From Octopus vulgaris (Eukaryota): DNA of 64,000 nt. This document shows, in pieces, positions 1 through 12,832 of this stretch; position 1 is the first letter of the stretch, and the number at the start of each line of letters is the position of its first letter. Position numbers and translations under genes: made by a program. Location: NCBI GenBank assembly GCA_951406725.2, contig OX597814.1, positions 83,018,001-83,082,000 on the forward strand, in the 5' to 3' direction. A model generated the notes under the pieces. It did not search any database, had not been told where the DNA came from, and saw nothing but the letters and a program-made list of their open reading frames with translations.

Positions 1-2255
1 TTTGCATCTCATTTATATTCAAGCTTCTCTTCTGAGTATTCAAACATATGTCTGAGAGTTTGTAAAGTATCCCTAAATCCATTTTTAATTGCCTGGACTA
101 CTTCGTAGTGTGCAGACCATTTAGTTACACTTAAGCTCTTTAGACAAAAGGCTAGATTGCCCTGTGTGTTTAAAATCTTCCATCTTCGAGAAGATTCAGA
201 AAAGAAAACATACAGCTGCTGCAAGATGCCAAAATAGTCAACAATTTTAGGTAGAGTAGATACTACCTTTTCTCCAACAAGGTTGAGTGAATGGTTTGCA
301 CATGGTACATAGTCTGCATACCTGTTAATGTTTTTAAGAAGTGTTTGAAGCCCTTTCTCCAAGTCCTTCATGTTGAAATCATTATCATACAACTGAGCAC
401 GGATATTTTCAAGTGAAAGCTTATGCTCCCCCAGAAATTGTGTTATTTTGTTGAACAAGATCGTGGATGAATGGTTTTTCTATTAGCAAAAATGCTAAAA
501 ATCTCTCACAAGACTTTTCATTATAACAGTATTGAACCACAATTACCAGCTGGTCAACATGTGTCATGTCAGGTGTAGTCAACAATAATTGAGTAGTATT
601 TGGTGTCTAGGTTGTTGATCAGATTCAATACTTCATCTTTCACGTGTTTTCCCGTGATTTCTATCAAATTTTCATACATGGATTTGGATAGGTAAACAAT
701 ATTTACTTTACCATTTTTGCATTTCTCTAATGGATCAAACACTGCAATAATTTTAATGGCCCCCATGAAATTTTCATTGTTTGGGGAGCTCCACTTTTTC
801 TCATGACCTCTAAATGCTAAACCTCTTTCACTTATAAACTTTATAACTGCAACAGCTCTTTTTAGAACTTCAAAATAGTACTGCATGTTTTTCTCAAAAT
901 GTTCCTCATGTTGCTGATCCACAGTGTTTTTATTTGACTTTCATGTTAGCCAGTTCAACATCACCCTGTTATGTTCCATACTGTCTTCATAATTTTCTAG
1001 AGTTCTGAGTATATTCATCCAATCAGAAAACCCACCCGTTGTAAGTGATATTTGGCATTTAGAAAAGAATTTACAAACAAAACAGTATATACAGCCTTTG
1101 TTCTTTGAGTAAACTAACCAGGATCTCATCACAGTCTGAACATTTCTCAATTTTGTTCAAGGTATGTACTTGTTTGAGAAACTTCGATTTTGCTGTTTGT
1201 ATAAATCTTGTTTAATTCAGTATATACATTATCTGGTTTCTTATTTTGACAAAAACTGATGTTATGCATTAAACAGTTTTGTATGAAATCATCATCAATT
1301 GTTATGGGCCAGTTTGCCAGGTCACTGTATTCTTTGAAATCACTAAATTTGCTTCTTGTTTCCTGTTTCTGCTCTCCCTTTTCTTGAAGTTCTTGACCAC
1401 TGTGATCATCATCTGCACCAAAAGTGTCAACAGTAGGTTGATTATTTCTAAACAGTGCACTCATGGTTTGCACACTATCATTGACTTCACTGGTGCTTGC
1501 ATGGCTTGTTTCAATTGCAGGTGATGACTAACTTTTTCATGATATTATAAAATAGTTTGATAATTTTTGACATTTAAAAATTTCATTAGGTTGCTTTTCC
1601 TTGAGTTGACATTTCTGGTATCCGCTTAAGTACTTTCTTGAAGATATTGCTATTCCTCTTGGAGCCAATATTGGGGTAATATTTCCATTAGCCACAGCAA
1701 GACAGAGATCAATCAAGATAAGGGTCCACAACTTGATATATAGTCATAAATGAAGAATTGTTCATTTTGTACAAGGTGATATTCAAACAATTTTTAAAGT
1801 GGGAAAAATGCTTTGTTACTGAACTGATTGTAAGTCCAAAATTAGGAGGCAAATCCTTTCAATGGTCATTAAATAATGGTGTCCCACTGAGAAAATAAGA
1901 ATTCTTATCCCTACCGTGCTGATGTAGTAGTAGACATATTTGACGATGGGTGGGGCAAGGCTGAAGTTTACTGAATAATTCAAGGAAAGCAAATTATCTG
2001 CAAGTCATTTGTACTTTTATTTCTCATACTACTACACACTGACAGGAACAGCTGGTGACTAAACACTGCATGTCTAGACTCCGTGTAGGAATATGAAATG
2101 ATGTCCACTAAGACTGTAACAGCAATCTGTATGTCAAAATACAAAAACAAAATAATTGGCAGATTGAAAAAATTAAGTTTCTTCAGAGAGGTTCCTCTGG
2201 GATTAAGGGGCCCTGAAGCTTAAGCTTCATTAGTTTAATAGTAGATCCACCACTG
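1..2255 (-). mobile_element. Decayed hAT DNA transposon (Tip100/Zaphod-like, ZMYM1-like transposase); runs off the window start
   Basis: Minus-strand terminus CAGTGGTGGATCTAC...TAATGAAGCTTAAGCTTCAGGGCCCC starting at 2255, typical of hAT ends; fragmented transposase ORFs downstream. Confidence 0.85.
9..1731 (-). pseudogene. hAT transposase pseudogene (fragments 1537-1731, 1147-1473, 941-1150, 569-922, 9-458)
   Basis: SRKYLSGYQK N-terminus; TTF-type zinc finger RSWLVYS..IYCFVCKFF; DUF4371-like IKFISERGLAFRGH, YYSIIVD; RAQLYDN, YVPCANHSLNLV, LKSLSVTKWSA. Multiple stops and frameshifts. Confidence 0.88.
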
Positions 2256-2739
2256 GTGGAGAAGCTCCCATATTTGGCAATATCATTCTTATCTGTTGAA
2301 GTATTTGTAGATGTTTGCATTGATATTGTTGTAGCTATGATGGTGATTGTATTATTCTTGAGAGAAATGGTAATGGTGGTGGTGGTGATATTGTAGTCTT
2401 CAATATTTTGCGATTTTCTTTTATTAGTTGATGTTTCTCTGGCACAAAATTAATTTTCATATTGTCTGATTAAATATCATTAAAATGCTTCAAAATCACA
2501 TATATAATTCTACTGTTATCATAGTTGCTGGCAAATATTATCATGCTTTCGAAGTTTTCAACAAAGTTAGACAACACAACCAGCAGTAGGTCAATCCTTA
2601 CATTCTTAGAGTTTTAGTGGTGGGCAAGGGTGACAAAATTCTGCAGAAGACTCTGGATGTCAACAAGGATCAACTGAACAACTTATTCTGAAGGACATTC
2701 AGCAAGGAGATTATAGACAACTTTTAGAAATCACTAACT

Positions 2740-2935
2740 TGACAGTGCCTCTGTGAGCTCAATACTGACTTGGGATAGGTCACTTAAAGTGAATGGAACT
2801 TGTGGAAGAAGGAGACCCAGAAAGACATGGGATGAAGTATTGGAGGCTGATCTCAAGTCACTGAGCCTTACAAAGGAGATGACTAAGGACCAAGATATCT
2901 GATACATTGTTGTACTCAAGAAGATCTGTCTGCCA
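2740..2935 (+). mobile_element. RTE-clade LINE 3' coding remnant
   Basis: Translates GRRRPRKTWDEVLEADLKSLSLTKEMTKDQD, the typical RTE C-terminus. Confidence 0.65.
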
Positions 2936-2950
2936 CAACAGAATTGATAT

Positions 2951-3143
2951 CGGTGCTAGTGCCACATTAAAAGCACCCAGCACAATCTATGGGGTGGTTG
3001 GTGTTAGGAAGGGCTGTAGGAACCATATCAGAACAGACAATGGAGCTTGATGCAGCCCATGGCCTTGCCAGCTCCAGTCAAACCATCCAACCCATGCCAG
3101 CATGGAAAATGGATGTTAAATGATGTAGGTGATGATGATGATG
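2951..3143 (+). mobile_element. SINE/LINE-tail repeat (family C: GTTGGTGTTAGGAAGGGC...CCCATGCCAGCATGGAAA...(GAT)n)
   Basis: Same motif recurs at about 33690-33878 (+), 37600-37800 (-) and 45864-46140 (-); ends in a GAT tail. Confidence 0.7.
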
Positions 3144-3399
3144 TCTGAAATGTTCAAAGGATGAGGTTGGTGAAACCATTCTGTATTACAATTATTCTAT
3201 TTCAGAATTGCTGACTTTTTTCTTCATTAAATCTTGACCTTCAAACATTTATATGTTGAAATTGATGGAAGTGATCATCATTGTGCCTTTTTATTGTTAC
3301 TGATATCCATCATCAATTTACATTCAATCTCCCATATTTGAAAGGAATGAATTGGTCTGCTCTAGCATGGTGTTTTACCATTTGTTATAGTCCTTGCTA

Positions 3400-3705
3400 T
3401 CATGTTTGTGGACTTTTTAAGCCTAGTACTTATTCTATCAGTCTCTTTTGCCAAACTGCTAAGTTATGGGGACATAAACATACAAGTGGTGGGGGATAAA
3501 TACAGACACAAACACACACACACACATATATATACACATATGCGACAGGCTTCTTTCAGTTTTCATCTGCCAAATCCACTCACAAGGCTTTGGTCTGCCT
3601 GAAGCTAGAGTAGATGACATTTGCCCAAGGTGTCACACAGTGGGACTAAACCCAGAACTATGTGGTTGGAAAACAAGCTTCTTACCACACATCCACTCCT
3701 GCACC
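3400..3705 (-). mobile_element. tRNA-derived SINE family B (head ..GTGTGGTAAGAAGCTTG..GGGTTCAGTCCCACTG..CCTTGGGCAA)
   Basis: A/B-box-like head and CCTTGGGCAA core; about 10 copies in the window. Confidence 0.75.
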
Positions 3706-4238
3706 TATACAGTGTGGTGGTTATTTATTATTGCTGTTGTTGTTGTTTCTACTGATATAAGTGATTTCTCAGAGAGCAGTGGAATGCCAGAAACAACAGA
3801 GATCTAAACTGAATACTTAACAGTACCATCACTCTATATTTTGTGTTCAAATTCTGTAAGGATAGGTTTAGCCTGTCATCCTCTTCAAGTATAACAAAAC
3901 AAAGTGAGTATCATTCATGTACTTAATTCAGTCAACAATCAATATTTTGTGGCTTTTGTGTCAGTGCCAGAATCATTATTTACATATATTCGTTTTAGTT
4001 TCATCAAAATAATAAAATAACAGGGAAAGTGAGAGTTTTAAAGCTAAAGGAATAGCAACCTATAACATTAATACATTTATCTAGGCCAATAAGAATATGT
4101 GGCATGAAGCACTGAAACAAGCAAACAATTATAATGATGGTTTTCATAACTAGGGTGCTTTACATAATGAACTTTAGAGATCATTGTGTGTGTGTGTGTG
4201 TGTGTGCGCATGTGTGAACATGCACGTATGTATCTATC

Positions 4239-4271
<33 letters not shown>

Positions 4272-4339
4272 TTATATATATATATATACACACACACATA
4301 TACATAAATACAACACATATGCATATCTATCTATCTATC

Positions 4340-4740
4340 TATCTATCTATATATATATATATTATATAAAATCCGTCCTGTCTGTCTGTGTGTGTGTCTT
4401 CTAGGATCGTAGCCATCCTCCATCTGATTGCGCTCAAAGTTGATATGTAGATACCGATGGAATCAGGGCATGTATAAGTCTTGAAGAAATTACAAAACTC
4501 GATAAAGCCATGGGAACGTGCATTTGTACGTGCAAGTACATCAGTTGTTGCGATCGATACTACACAACGTGAGAAAGATGCACATGCAGTTTGCGCAAAC
4601 AAAGCCGGCTGGCTTGAAATAATGTCACAAAATGCAGTATATTTAAGAGACCAAAAAAGTAAGATGCAAAATAGATATTTTCTTCAAACTTGGCATGAAA
4701 GAGGAGTGAATTTTAAAAGCAATTACACTGTCACATAGCT
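4340..4740 (+). mobile_element. Probable non-autonomous Helitron 5' part
   Basis: TCTATATAT..ATATAAAATCCGTCCTGTCTGTCTGTG followed by CTGATTGCGCTCAAAGTTG resembles Helitron 5' ends; CpG-retaining island; no clear CTAG 3' end. Confidence 0.45.
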
Positions 4741-4953
4741 ACTTCATATTTTAAAAATATTTTGCCTGCTATGTTGCTAAATATGAATACAAATAAACAA
4801 ATAAATGAATGAAGGGAAATTTGTGCACATTTTCAAACACACACAAATTCGCATACACATATATACGGGAGAATCACACAATTTGAAATATAATCATATA
4901 GATGTACATGTATATACATAAGCATACATATAAGCACATTTGCATCACCATAC

Positions 4954-5002
<49 letters not shown>

Positions 5003-5009
5003 CACACAC

Positions 5010-5088
5010 AGGTGTCACACAGTGGGACTAAACCCAGAACCATGTGGTTGGAAAACAAGCTTCTTATCACACATGCACTCCTGCACCT
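5010..5088 (-). mobile_element. SINE family B head fragment
   Basis: Nearly identical to 3628-3705. Confidence 0.7.
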
Positions 5089-5179
5089 ACACATTGCTAT
5101 CTTAATATGTGTGTGAGTGTGTGTGTGTGCATGTGCACGAGCTTGAATATATACACACACACACACATATATACATATG

Positions 5180-5510
5180 GACCCTCTTTAGTCATGAATT
5201 GGCATGGGATTGCACCTAGAAAGCTACCCTCCGAGGCACAAGTCCATGCAAGGCTGTTTATAAAAGACCAGCAGTTGCCCAAGCACACCAGCCTCCCCTG
5301 TCTATATGACCAATGTTATCCAAGAGAAAGGCAAAGGCTGATACAGCTTGGTACCATTGACATCGCAACTCATTTCTACAGCTGAGTGAACTGGAGCAAT
5401 GTGAAATAAAGTGTCTTGCTCAAGAACACAACACACAGCCCAGTCTGGGAATCGAACTCACTACCTCATGATTGTGAGCCTGATGCTCTATCAGCTGAGG
5501 ATGGCACCTT
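5180..5510 (-). mobile_element. tRNA-derived SINE (family D)
   Basis: Minus strand reads GAGTTCGATTCCCAGACTGGGC (B box) then GTGTTCTTGAGCAAGACAC core; related head at about 60900-61180 (+). Confidence 0.7.
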
Positions 5511-5557
<47 letters not shown>

Positions 5558-5998
5558 CAAGAGAGATAGAGAGAGATACATAGACACATACACACGTGCA
5601 CACACACACATGTGTATTCACATGAAAAATACTGGTGCTACTTAGGACAATAAATTTTTTTTTAAATCTTAGTCAAGGGAGAATAAGGGCCACTTATAAT
5701 CTATGCAGGCCTTTCATCTGGATTTGCGAGATCAGTATAATTGATATTCAGATTCAGTGTTTACAGGCTGATGCCTGTATAAAAGTGTGGACAAAGTGTG
5801 AATTCCATATGATTGCTTTTCTGCTGAGGAAGAACTAAAAAATTTTTAGCATAATATGTGACAAGATAAAGAAGAAGCTGTTACATCAAGTAGGCTTGAA
5901 TGGAAATAGAAAGCAGCTAATTTGCTTTTAATGAACAGTTGATATCCTAATTCAGTTGCATTCATGAGTTAAGATAGTGGCTAATAAGAATCATTCTA

Positions 5999-6220
5999 GT
6001 AAAATTGATTTCACATTTTGGCACAAGACCAGCAATTTCGGGGGAGCAGGTGAGTTGATTATATCGACCACAGTGTTCACAGGGTACTTATGTTATCAAC
6101 CCTGAAAAGATGAAAGGTAAAGTTAGCCTCAGCAGAATTTGAATTTAGAATGTAAGGACAGATGAAATACCACTAAATATTTTGCCCAAGGTGTAAACTA
6201 TTCTGCCAGCTCACCACCTT
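5999..6220 (-). mobile_element. Nin/Deu-domain SINE (family A) with 10-bp TSD AATCATTCTA
   Basis: Reverse complement of the GGTGAGCTGGCAGAA..TTCAAATTC..CCTTTCATC head; direct repeats at 5989-5998 and 6221-6230. Confidence 0.8.
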
Positions 6221-6261
6221 AATCATTCTAATTATATTATTCAGTATTAGAGTATGCTCAT

Positions 6262-6478
6262 AAGGTGGCAAGCTGGTAGAAACATTAGCACAACAAACAA
6301 AATGCTTAAGCAACATTTTGTGCATCTTCATGTTCTGAGTTCAAATTCTGCTGAGGTTGACATTGTCTTTCATCCTTTCGGGTTTGATAAAATAAATACC
6401 AGTTGAGCAGTAGGGTCAATGTAATCAACTTACTCCCTCCCCCCAAATTACTGGCCTTGTGCTAGAATTTGAAACCAA
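6262..6478 (+). mobile_element. SINE family A with 17-bp TSD TATTAGAGTATGCTCAT
   Basis: GGCAAGCTGGTAGAA..GAGTTCAAATTC..TTTCATCCTTTCGGG; direct repeats at 6245-6261 and 6479-6495. Confidence 0.85.
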
Positions 6479-6719
6479 TATTAGAGTATGCTCATCTTCT
6501 AAATTCAGTGCCTTCTTTCACTGTCATTTTTATCCTACATACATTTAATCTAAGTGTTCAAAAAGAGAAATGATCTTACTCATAACAATAACCATTTCTT
6601 CAGGCATTAAGTTATTGCTACCTTAAATCTCCTACACTCAGTCTTATCATGAAATTCCTTATATTTTAATAAAATATTTCTCTGACAGAGAAAGCCTGTA
6701 CAAAGTGAGCTTAATATCT

Positions 6720-7135
6720 TTTATCTTTTGCTTATTGCATTCACTGTCCTGTAGCCATGCTGGGGTACAATCTTGAAGGGTTTAATCAAAGAAATCAATC
6801 CAGTGACTTTTTTTAAAAGTCTTGTACTTATTCTACTGATACCTTTTGCTAAATTATTGTTATGGGTTCATAAACAAACACTAGTTGTCAGAGGTGAGCA
6901 GGAGATATATACATAACAGAAATACAAAGATATACATGCATAGATATATGCACACACATGCATGTGTGCACATTTCTAAATGACAGGCTTCAGTTTCCAT
7001 CTACCAAATTCACTCTCAAGGCTTTGGTCGATCCAAGGCTATAGTAGAAGATACTTGTCCAATGTGATGCACAGTAGGACTGGATCCTAGATCACATAAC
7101 TGGACTGTAAGCTTCTTACCCATGGAATCATTCCT
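6720..7135 (-). mobile_element. SINE family B, degraded
   Basis: Similarity to 34250-34660. Confidence 0.65.
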
Positions 7136-7530
7136 GTAATAGATTACTTCACAATAGCCATTTAATACATCATAAACTTAGAACTTCTGCCTTAATACAA
7201 ATGCATGGCTGACCATAGAAAATAAAAATTCTGGTTTTAAAGTTTATTATTTGAATGATTTCTCATTGACTTCAAAACAACTAGAACTAAGCACTGAAGC
7301 TAAAAGAAAAAAATAAAATGGTTAAGACAAATAGAAGAATCAGTGCAGCTGCAGACTAAAGTTTCAAGCATATTGCAACTAGACATTTTCCATGATCAAG
7401 GATGTTCTTGTCATGATTACTGCATTCTTCTTTTGGGCAATAGATATAGAAAATAGTTGATACATTCTCTGTCAACACACTGACACACATTCATTTGTAA
7501 TTTCCCACTTCAGTACAAAATTACACTTCA

Positions 7531-7587
<57 letters not shown>
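7531..7587. repeat. (TAA)n microsatellite at the 3' end of the older R4/Dong copy
   Basis: About 19 perfect TTA units. Confidence 0.95.
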
Positions 7588-7591
<4 letters not shown>

Positions 7592-8768
7592 TTGCTCAAC
7601 ATTTGGTAGTCTGAGGAAAATTTCTACAGCATCACCTGCTACATCTCCATGTTGCTGGGGTGTGTGCTGCATTGTGTACTCTATTCTGTTGTTGGGAGTG
7701 CACAAACTCTTCCCAGTATCGTATTATGCTAGTTCTTTTATTTCTCTTGAGGTGAGGTGCATCTTTTTGTTGTATTAATGCTTGTATTGCATGTTGAATG
7801 TGTAATGCGTTGGTTATCTAGCTTGCTGGTGGAAGTTAATTTCACTGGGTCATTGCTGCATAGAGTGCGTCTTGTGTTGTGTGTTGTTTCGTTTTGTTTT
7901 TCTTATTTTTCAAGCACCTTCTGGAGTATTTGAATGGTTCCAAGCAGTGCTGTTTTCTGCAAGTGCTCCACCTTTATTGCAGCCCCTGTTTGTTCCACAT
8001 ACTTCTTGAGATTTTTGCTCACTGTTCCCAGGCCTACGACAATTATTGGTACTACCACTACCTCTTTCAACGACCACAACTGCTTAACTTCCAAGCTAAC
8101 CTGCCATATCTCTTGACTTTTCTTTTTTCCTTATCGCATACCTTGTTGTCAGCTGGGCATGCTATACCTATGATCCAGCATAGTTTGTTTTCTTTCTCAA
8201 TTAAGACTGTCTGGCTTCCTGTTCCCTATCTCATGGTCACACTGAATCATAAAATCCCATAGGATCTTTCCATTTCTACTTTCGACGATGCCTTCAGGTT
8301 TGTGGTTGTACCAATTTTTTGCTCTGTCAAGTCCATACTTGTTGCAAAGTGTCCAATGGACAAGCCTGGCTATATTGTCGTGCTGTCTCTTATATTCCTT
8401 CTGGGCTAGTGGTGTACATTGGCTGGTAATATGCTATACGTTTTGTCCACAGATTCTTCACTTAACACTTTCTGCTGCATTGTCTATTCTATATTTTATG
8501 TAGTTTGTTCTTAGTGCTTGCTCTTGAGCAGCACAGATTAAAGCCCCCATTTCTGGTTTAAAATCACTTTTAGTCATCCACAGCCAACTTTTGTCTCAGT
8601 CTTATCGTCAACATCCCTATGAAATTGACCATGCATTATTTTCTTTACCCACCTATTTTCAGTTTCATTTGTTTTCAATTTCTTGTATAGTGCTTTATCT
8701 TTGCAATCTTTCATCCTACACAAGCTTGACCATCTTACTTCTAATAATAGTGGTTCTGTGGCATTTTT
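7588..8768 (-). mobile_element. Older 5'-truncated R4/Dong-like non-LTR retrotransposon (zinc knuckle, RLE endonuclease, 3' UTR)
   Basis: Minus-strand translation NRWVKKIMHGQFHR, ALICAAQEQALRTNY, RQHDNIARLVHW, KWYNHKPEG, KILWDF, RKPD, VVVVPIIVVGLGTV..LQKTALLGT..LQKVLEK. Confidence 0.85.
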
Positions 8769-11700
8769 TACATTATTATTATTATTTATTTATTTTTTTT
8801 TTCTTCTTTCAAATTTTCTTCCATTTCTTGCCGAGTGTCTTCCCGACTCCTAGGGCAAAGAAACTCATAGTGTATATTGGTAGGCCATTAAACCAAACTC
8901 AGAAGTTCGTTCATTTTTTTTTTTTTTTTTTTTAAAGTTAGATTAAAATACATGAGCAGCAACAGTTCTCACATCGACAATGCTCTTCTCAATACGTGTG
9001 ATGTACCAGTTAAGACAATCTTTTGCACTTCTTGCAGGGATGGTAAGCCAGGGATCATTCTCATATAATTTTCGGTTCCCTTCTTGATCATTCCTAGTGC
9101 TCCTACGATCACTGGTATTGTAACCGCCTTGAGATGCCACATTTTCTCAATTTCAATGAGTAGGTCTTTATATTTTCTGAGCTTGTCAAACTCTTTCGCT
9201 GAGATATTATGATCACAGGGGATGCTCATGTCGATCAATAAGCAAACTTTATTGTTTTGGTCTTTCACAACAATATCTGGTTTATTGGCCTTGATGGTTC
9301 GGTCTGTATGTACTGGAAAGTCCCACAGAATGGTTACATTTTCTCCTTCAGTTACAGCCTCAGGATGGTGATTATACCACTTGTCGGCAGTTTTGATATT
9401 GTAATGCCGACTTATTAGCCAGTGGAGATATTGGCCAACTCTGTCATGTCTTAATTTATACTCCACTGGTGCTAAGATTTTACATCCAGAGATTAGGTGG
9501 TCACTGTTTCAATCATGTCGTTGCAGAATCGGCATTTTGGGTCTGCTCCATTTTTCATCACATTGGCCTGGTAGTTCCGGGTTAATAGGCTTTGGTCTTG
9601 AGCAGCCAGGATGAAACCTTCGCTCTCTGCTTTTAGCCCTGAGCTCCGCAGCCACTGATGGGTTTGCTTCTGGTCAACATCAGCTTGTTTGCTGCGGGTC
9701 ACATATTTGCCGTGCAGAGGTTTCTCCTCCCACCTATCAGCCAATTGCTCGTGCGCTTTTTTCATTGCCATCATTTTCACCTTCTTTGCAACAATAGTTG
9801 CCGTACTTCCCTCGGGTTGTTCAGTTTGGGTATCCTGCACGAGATCAATAGCAAATTTTTGCTTTCCTTGATGATAGAATGAAGCTTCTTTCGTCTCTCG
9901 TGATTTTCCACGAGCTTTAGCATCCAGTCATTCGATATTTCGAGATATTTGGCCAGTCCAATTGTGGTTGTTTTGTAAGCTAGTTCAAATTGGATCAGGC
10001 CTCGACCTCCTTGGGCTCTGGGAAGGTAAAGGCGATCTACGTCTGCCTTTGGGTGGTGCATCCTATTACAACTCAGCAGCTTGCGTATTTTTCTATCTAT
10101 ATTCTTTACTTCACTCATATTCCAGTTCAACACATTGTAGCTATAAGTAACAACTGGAACTGCTAAGGAATTTATAGCTAACACCTTGTTACGTGCATTT
10201 AGTTCAGATTTCAGGACTGCACGAACTCTCCTATAACATTCCTTCCTGATTTTCACTTTCATGCTTGCATGCTGAATACCAGAGCCTTCATTTATCCCTA
10301 AATATTTGTATGTCTGTTCTTGCTCAAGCTCTCTTATGACTGTGTCAACATCTAACACGACTGAATTTGTGGTCTTCACTTTCCCTTTCTGGAAAGTGGC
10401 CTTGGCACACTTCTCAAGTCCAAACTCCATCCCGATGTCATCGCTGAATGCTTTCACGGTGCGCAATAGGCCTTCAAGTTCATTATTGTCTTTACCATAA
10501 AGTTTTAAGTCATCCATATAAAATAGATGGCTCATTTTTTTATTGGCAATTTTATACCCATACCCTGTTCTGTTTAATTCACTTGTAAAGGGTATTAGGG
10601 CTATGCAGAATATTAAAGGTGAAAGTGAGTCACTTTGAAAAATTCCACAGTTGATGTTTATATTTTCTGAGGCAAGTACTCCATTAGAGTGGTATAATTG
10701 GAGATTCGTATTCCACAACGACATATTGTGCTTCAGGAAGTTTGAAATCACAGGGGAAATTTTGAAGATGTCCAGCGATCTCAAGATCCATGGATGCGGT
10801 ATACTGTCGAAGGCCTTTTTATAGTCAATCCATGCGGTGCTGAGATTTCTGCGCTTGTTGTGACAGTTCTCAAGGATCATACGATTGATTAGCAGTTGAT
10901 CTTTGCATCCGTAAGAGCCTCGGCGGCACCCTTTTTGTTCAATGGGGAAAATATCGTTCTTCTCCATGAATGCATATATATTCTCCGCCAGGATAGATGT
11001 TAGGATTTTATACGTGGTGGATAGACAGGTTATAGGCCGATAGTTTTTTGGAAGGTTGGTTTCGTTATTCTTTGGGAGTAGGTAAGTAATGCCACTTGCT
11101 AACCATTCAGGTGTTTTCTTTGGGTCTCTCAAAATTCCATTGAGCAGCTGAACTAGCTTACCGTGTGCGCACGGGAGCGATGCGAGCCAGAAATTCGGCA
11201 CCCTATCATTACCGGGGGATTTCCAATTATGGGCCTTCGTGAGTGCCTTTCTTAGGTCTGCTATTGTGATGTCTTCCCATGCTTGTTGTTGTAAATTTTG
11301 GTAGGATCCTTCAGTTTGTATAATCCAGTCTGCATTTATGTTGTACGTCTTCTTGTCACTCCAAAACCTTTCCCAAAAGTTTTGAACTTCTTCCATGGGA
11401 GGGGGGTCTTTAACGGTTACTTTCTCCTTCCCTATTTCTCTGTAGAATTTTTTGGCATTGGATGTGAACAGCTTATTTTGCTTGTAAAACTTGTTTCTCT
11501 TCTCAAATCTTCGTATTCTTTGGGCTTTTGCTTGGACTTTTGTTTCAGCGTTTCTTTTATTGATATCAGTTCTTCTCTTGGTGAGGATCCAAATTTTCTC
11601 TTCATCTTTCTTCCTGTTCTGGATCTTACATCATTTCCACATATTAGTTCATTTAATATTGATATTTCCCCTCTCATAAATTCAATCTCTTTTTCAATTT

Positions 11701-12757
11701 TACTTCTCCAGGTTTGATTTCTTCCCAGGTTTTGTTTTCTTTGTTTTTTCGGGGGCATACAGCTGGTTTCAATTGCCCTAGCAGAAGCGTAAATAATTTC
11801 ATTTAACTCAGTAAAATCAGGTTTTAATTCTCGTATTATTTCATTTGTTACATAGTTGCCAATTTGGATTTGTTTTTTATTTTGGTTTGTATTTGAGAGT
11901 TTATGAAGCGGTTCTCTATCATTCATACTTGTATGTCTTACAACTTCAAGCGTATTCAGGATTTTCTGCCTCATTTCTGCCATAGACTCTCTGTGTTCTT
12001 CAGCAAATGCGAGATCTTCAGTTACTGTTGTTTTTTCGTTTTCCTGGCTATCTTTAACAGGTACAATAGAATTTCTTGTATCTTCAGGCCTTTGCGTACT
12101 TTGGTCAGATGGCAGTCTTTCAATTAAGCCTCGTGGCGGGCTATACTGTTCATCTGATTCTTCATTTCCTTTGTGTCTTATATTTATGTCATTTTCCGTT
12201 GCGTGCTGGATCGCACTTATTTCACTGTCTGTGAGTCTGTTATTTCTAAAGATATCCCTCCTCACATTTGCTAATTTGTTCTCGTCCAAATACTGTCTTG
12301 ATTCCGTGTTCTCCATATACTGTAAGAGTTTGCGGTGTGTCTCTCTTGAGATGGCCTACCTAATGCATAGTAATAAGCGTATATTACTTCTTTATACTCT
12401 TCTCGGGTCCATTTGTTCCGCTTACATTTTTCTTTCTGTGGTGGTTGTGGTGGTGAACTTGGAGGGCTCGAGTTGGGGGATTTCCCGTTCAAGTGACCAT
12501 CCATGTCCGTATTCGGAGAAGAGTTTGTGCCAGTTGATGACTTTTCGATCCCAGGCTGGCTCTTCCCTGGGGGACGCGCTTCCAGATTAATCATAGGACA
12601 AGCGATTTGGTATACTGATTTAGTTTTCCTTTTAGTTTCCAAAAACATTTTGGTGCTACGATAATGTTATCATTTTTTAGCTTTGATTGGCTCGTGGGGA
12701 GACGGCCATCATTGCCGTTACAATTATAATCGTACCATTATAGCACCCGTAGTCGGC
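8769..12757 (-). mobile_element. Near full-length R4/Dong-clade RLE non-LTR retrotransposon flanked by (TAA)n
   Basis: About 110-nt 5' UTR, single long ORF broken by frameshifts, about 190-nt 3' UTR ending in an A-rich/TAA tail; TAA arrays on both sides. Confidence 0.92.
8969..12648 (-). pseudogene. R4/Dong ORF (about 1,220 aa if repaired): Myb-like N-terminus, reverse transcriptase, CCHC knuckle, PD-(D/E)xK endonuclease
   Basis: KWTREEY; KSPGND, NYRPITCL, WIDYKKAFDS, GIFQSDSLSP, YMDDLK; CRFC..ETV..H; RHD, KPDIVV..LIDMSIP, KYKDL. Split over ORFs 12271-12648, 11432-12316, 9777-11396, 9493-9840, 8969-9466. Confidence 0.93.
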
Positions 12758-12766
12758 TTATTATTG

Positions 12767-12828
<62 letters not shown>
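12758..12828. repeat. (TAA)n microsatellite at the 5' junction of the R4/Dong element
   Basis: TTA array with a short TTG interruption. Confidence 0.95.

Positions 12829-12829
<1 letters not shown>

Positions 12830-12832
<3 letters not shown>

Noticed and set aside
9-1473. Host ZMYM1 gene
   Set aside because: Intronless, multiply disrupted and bounded by a hAT terminus.
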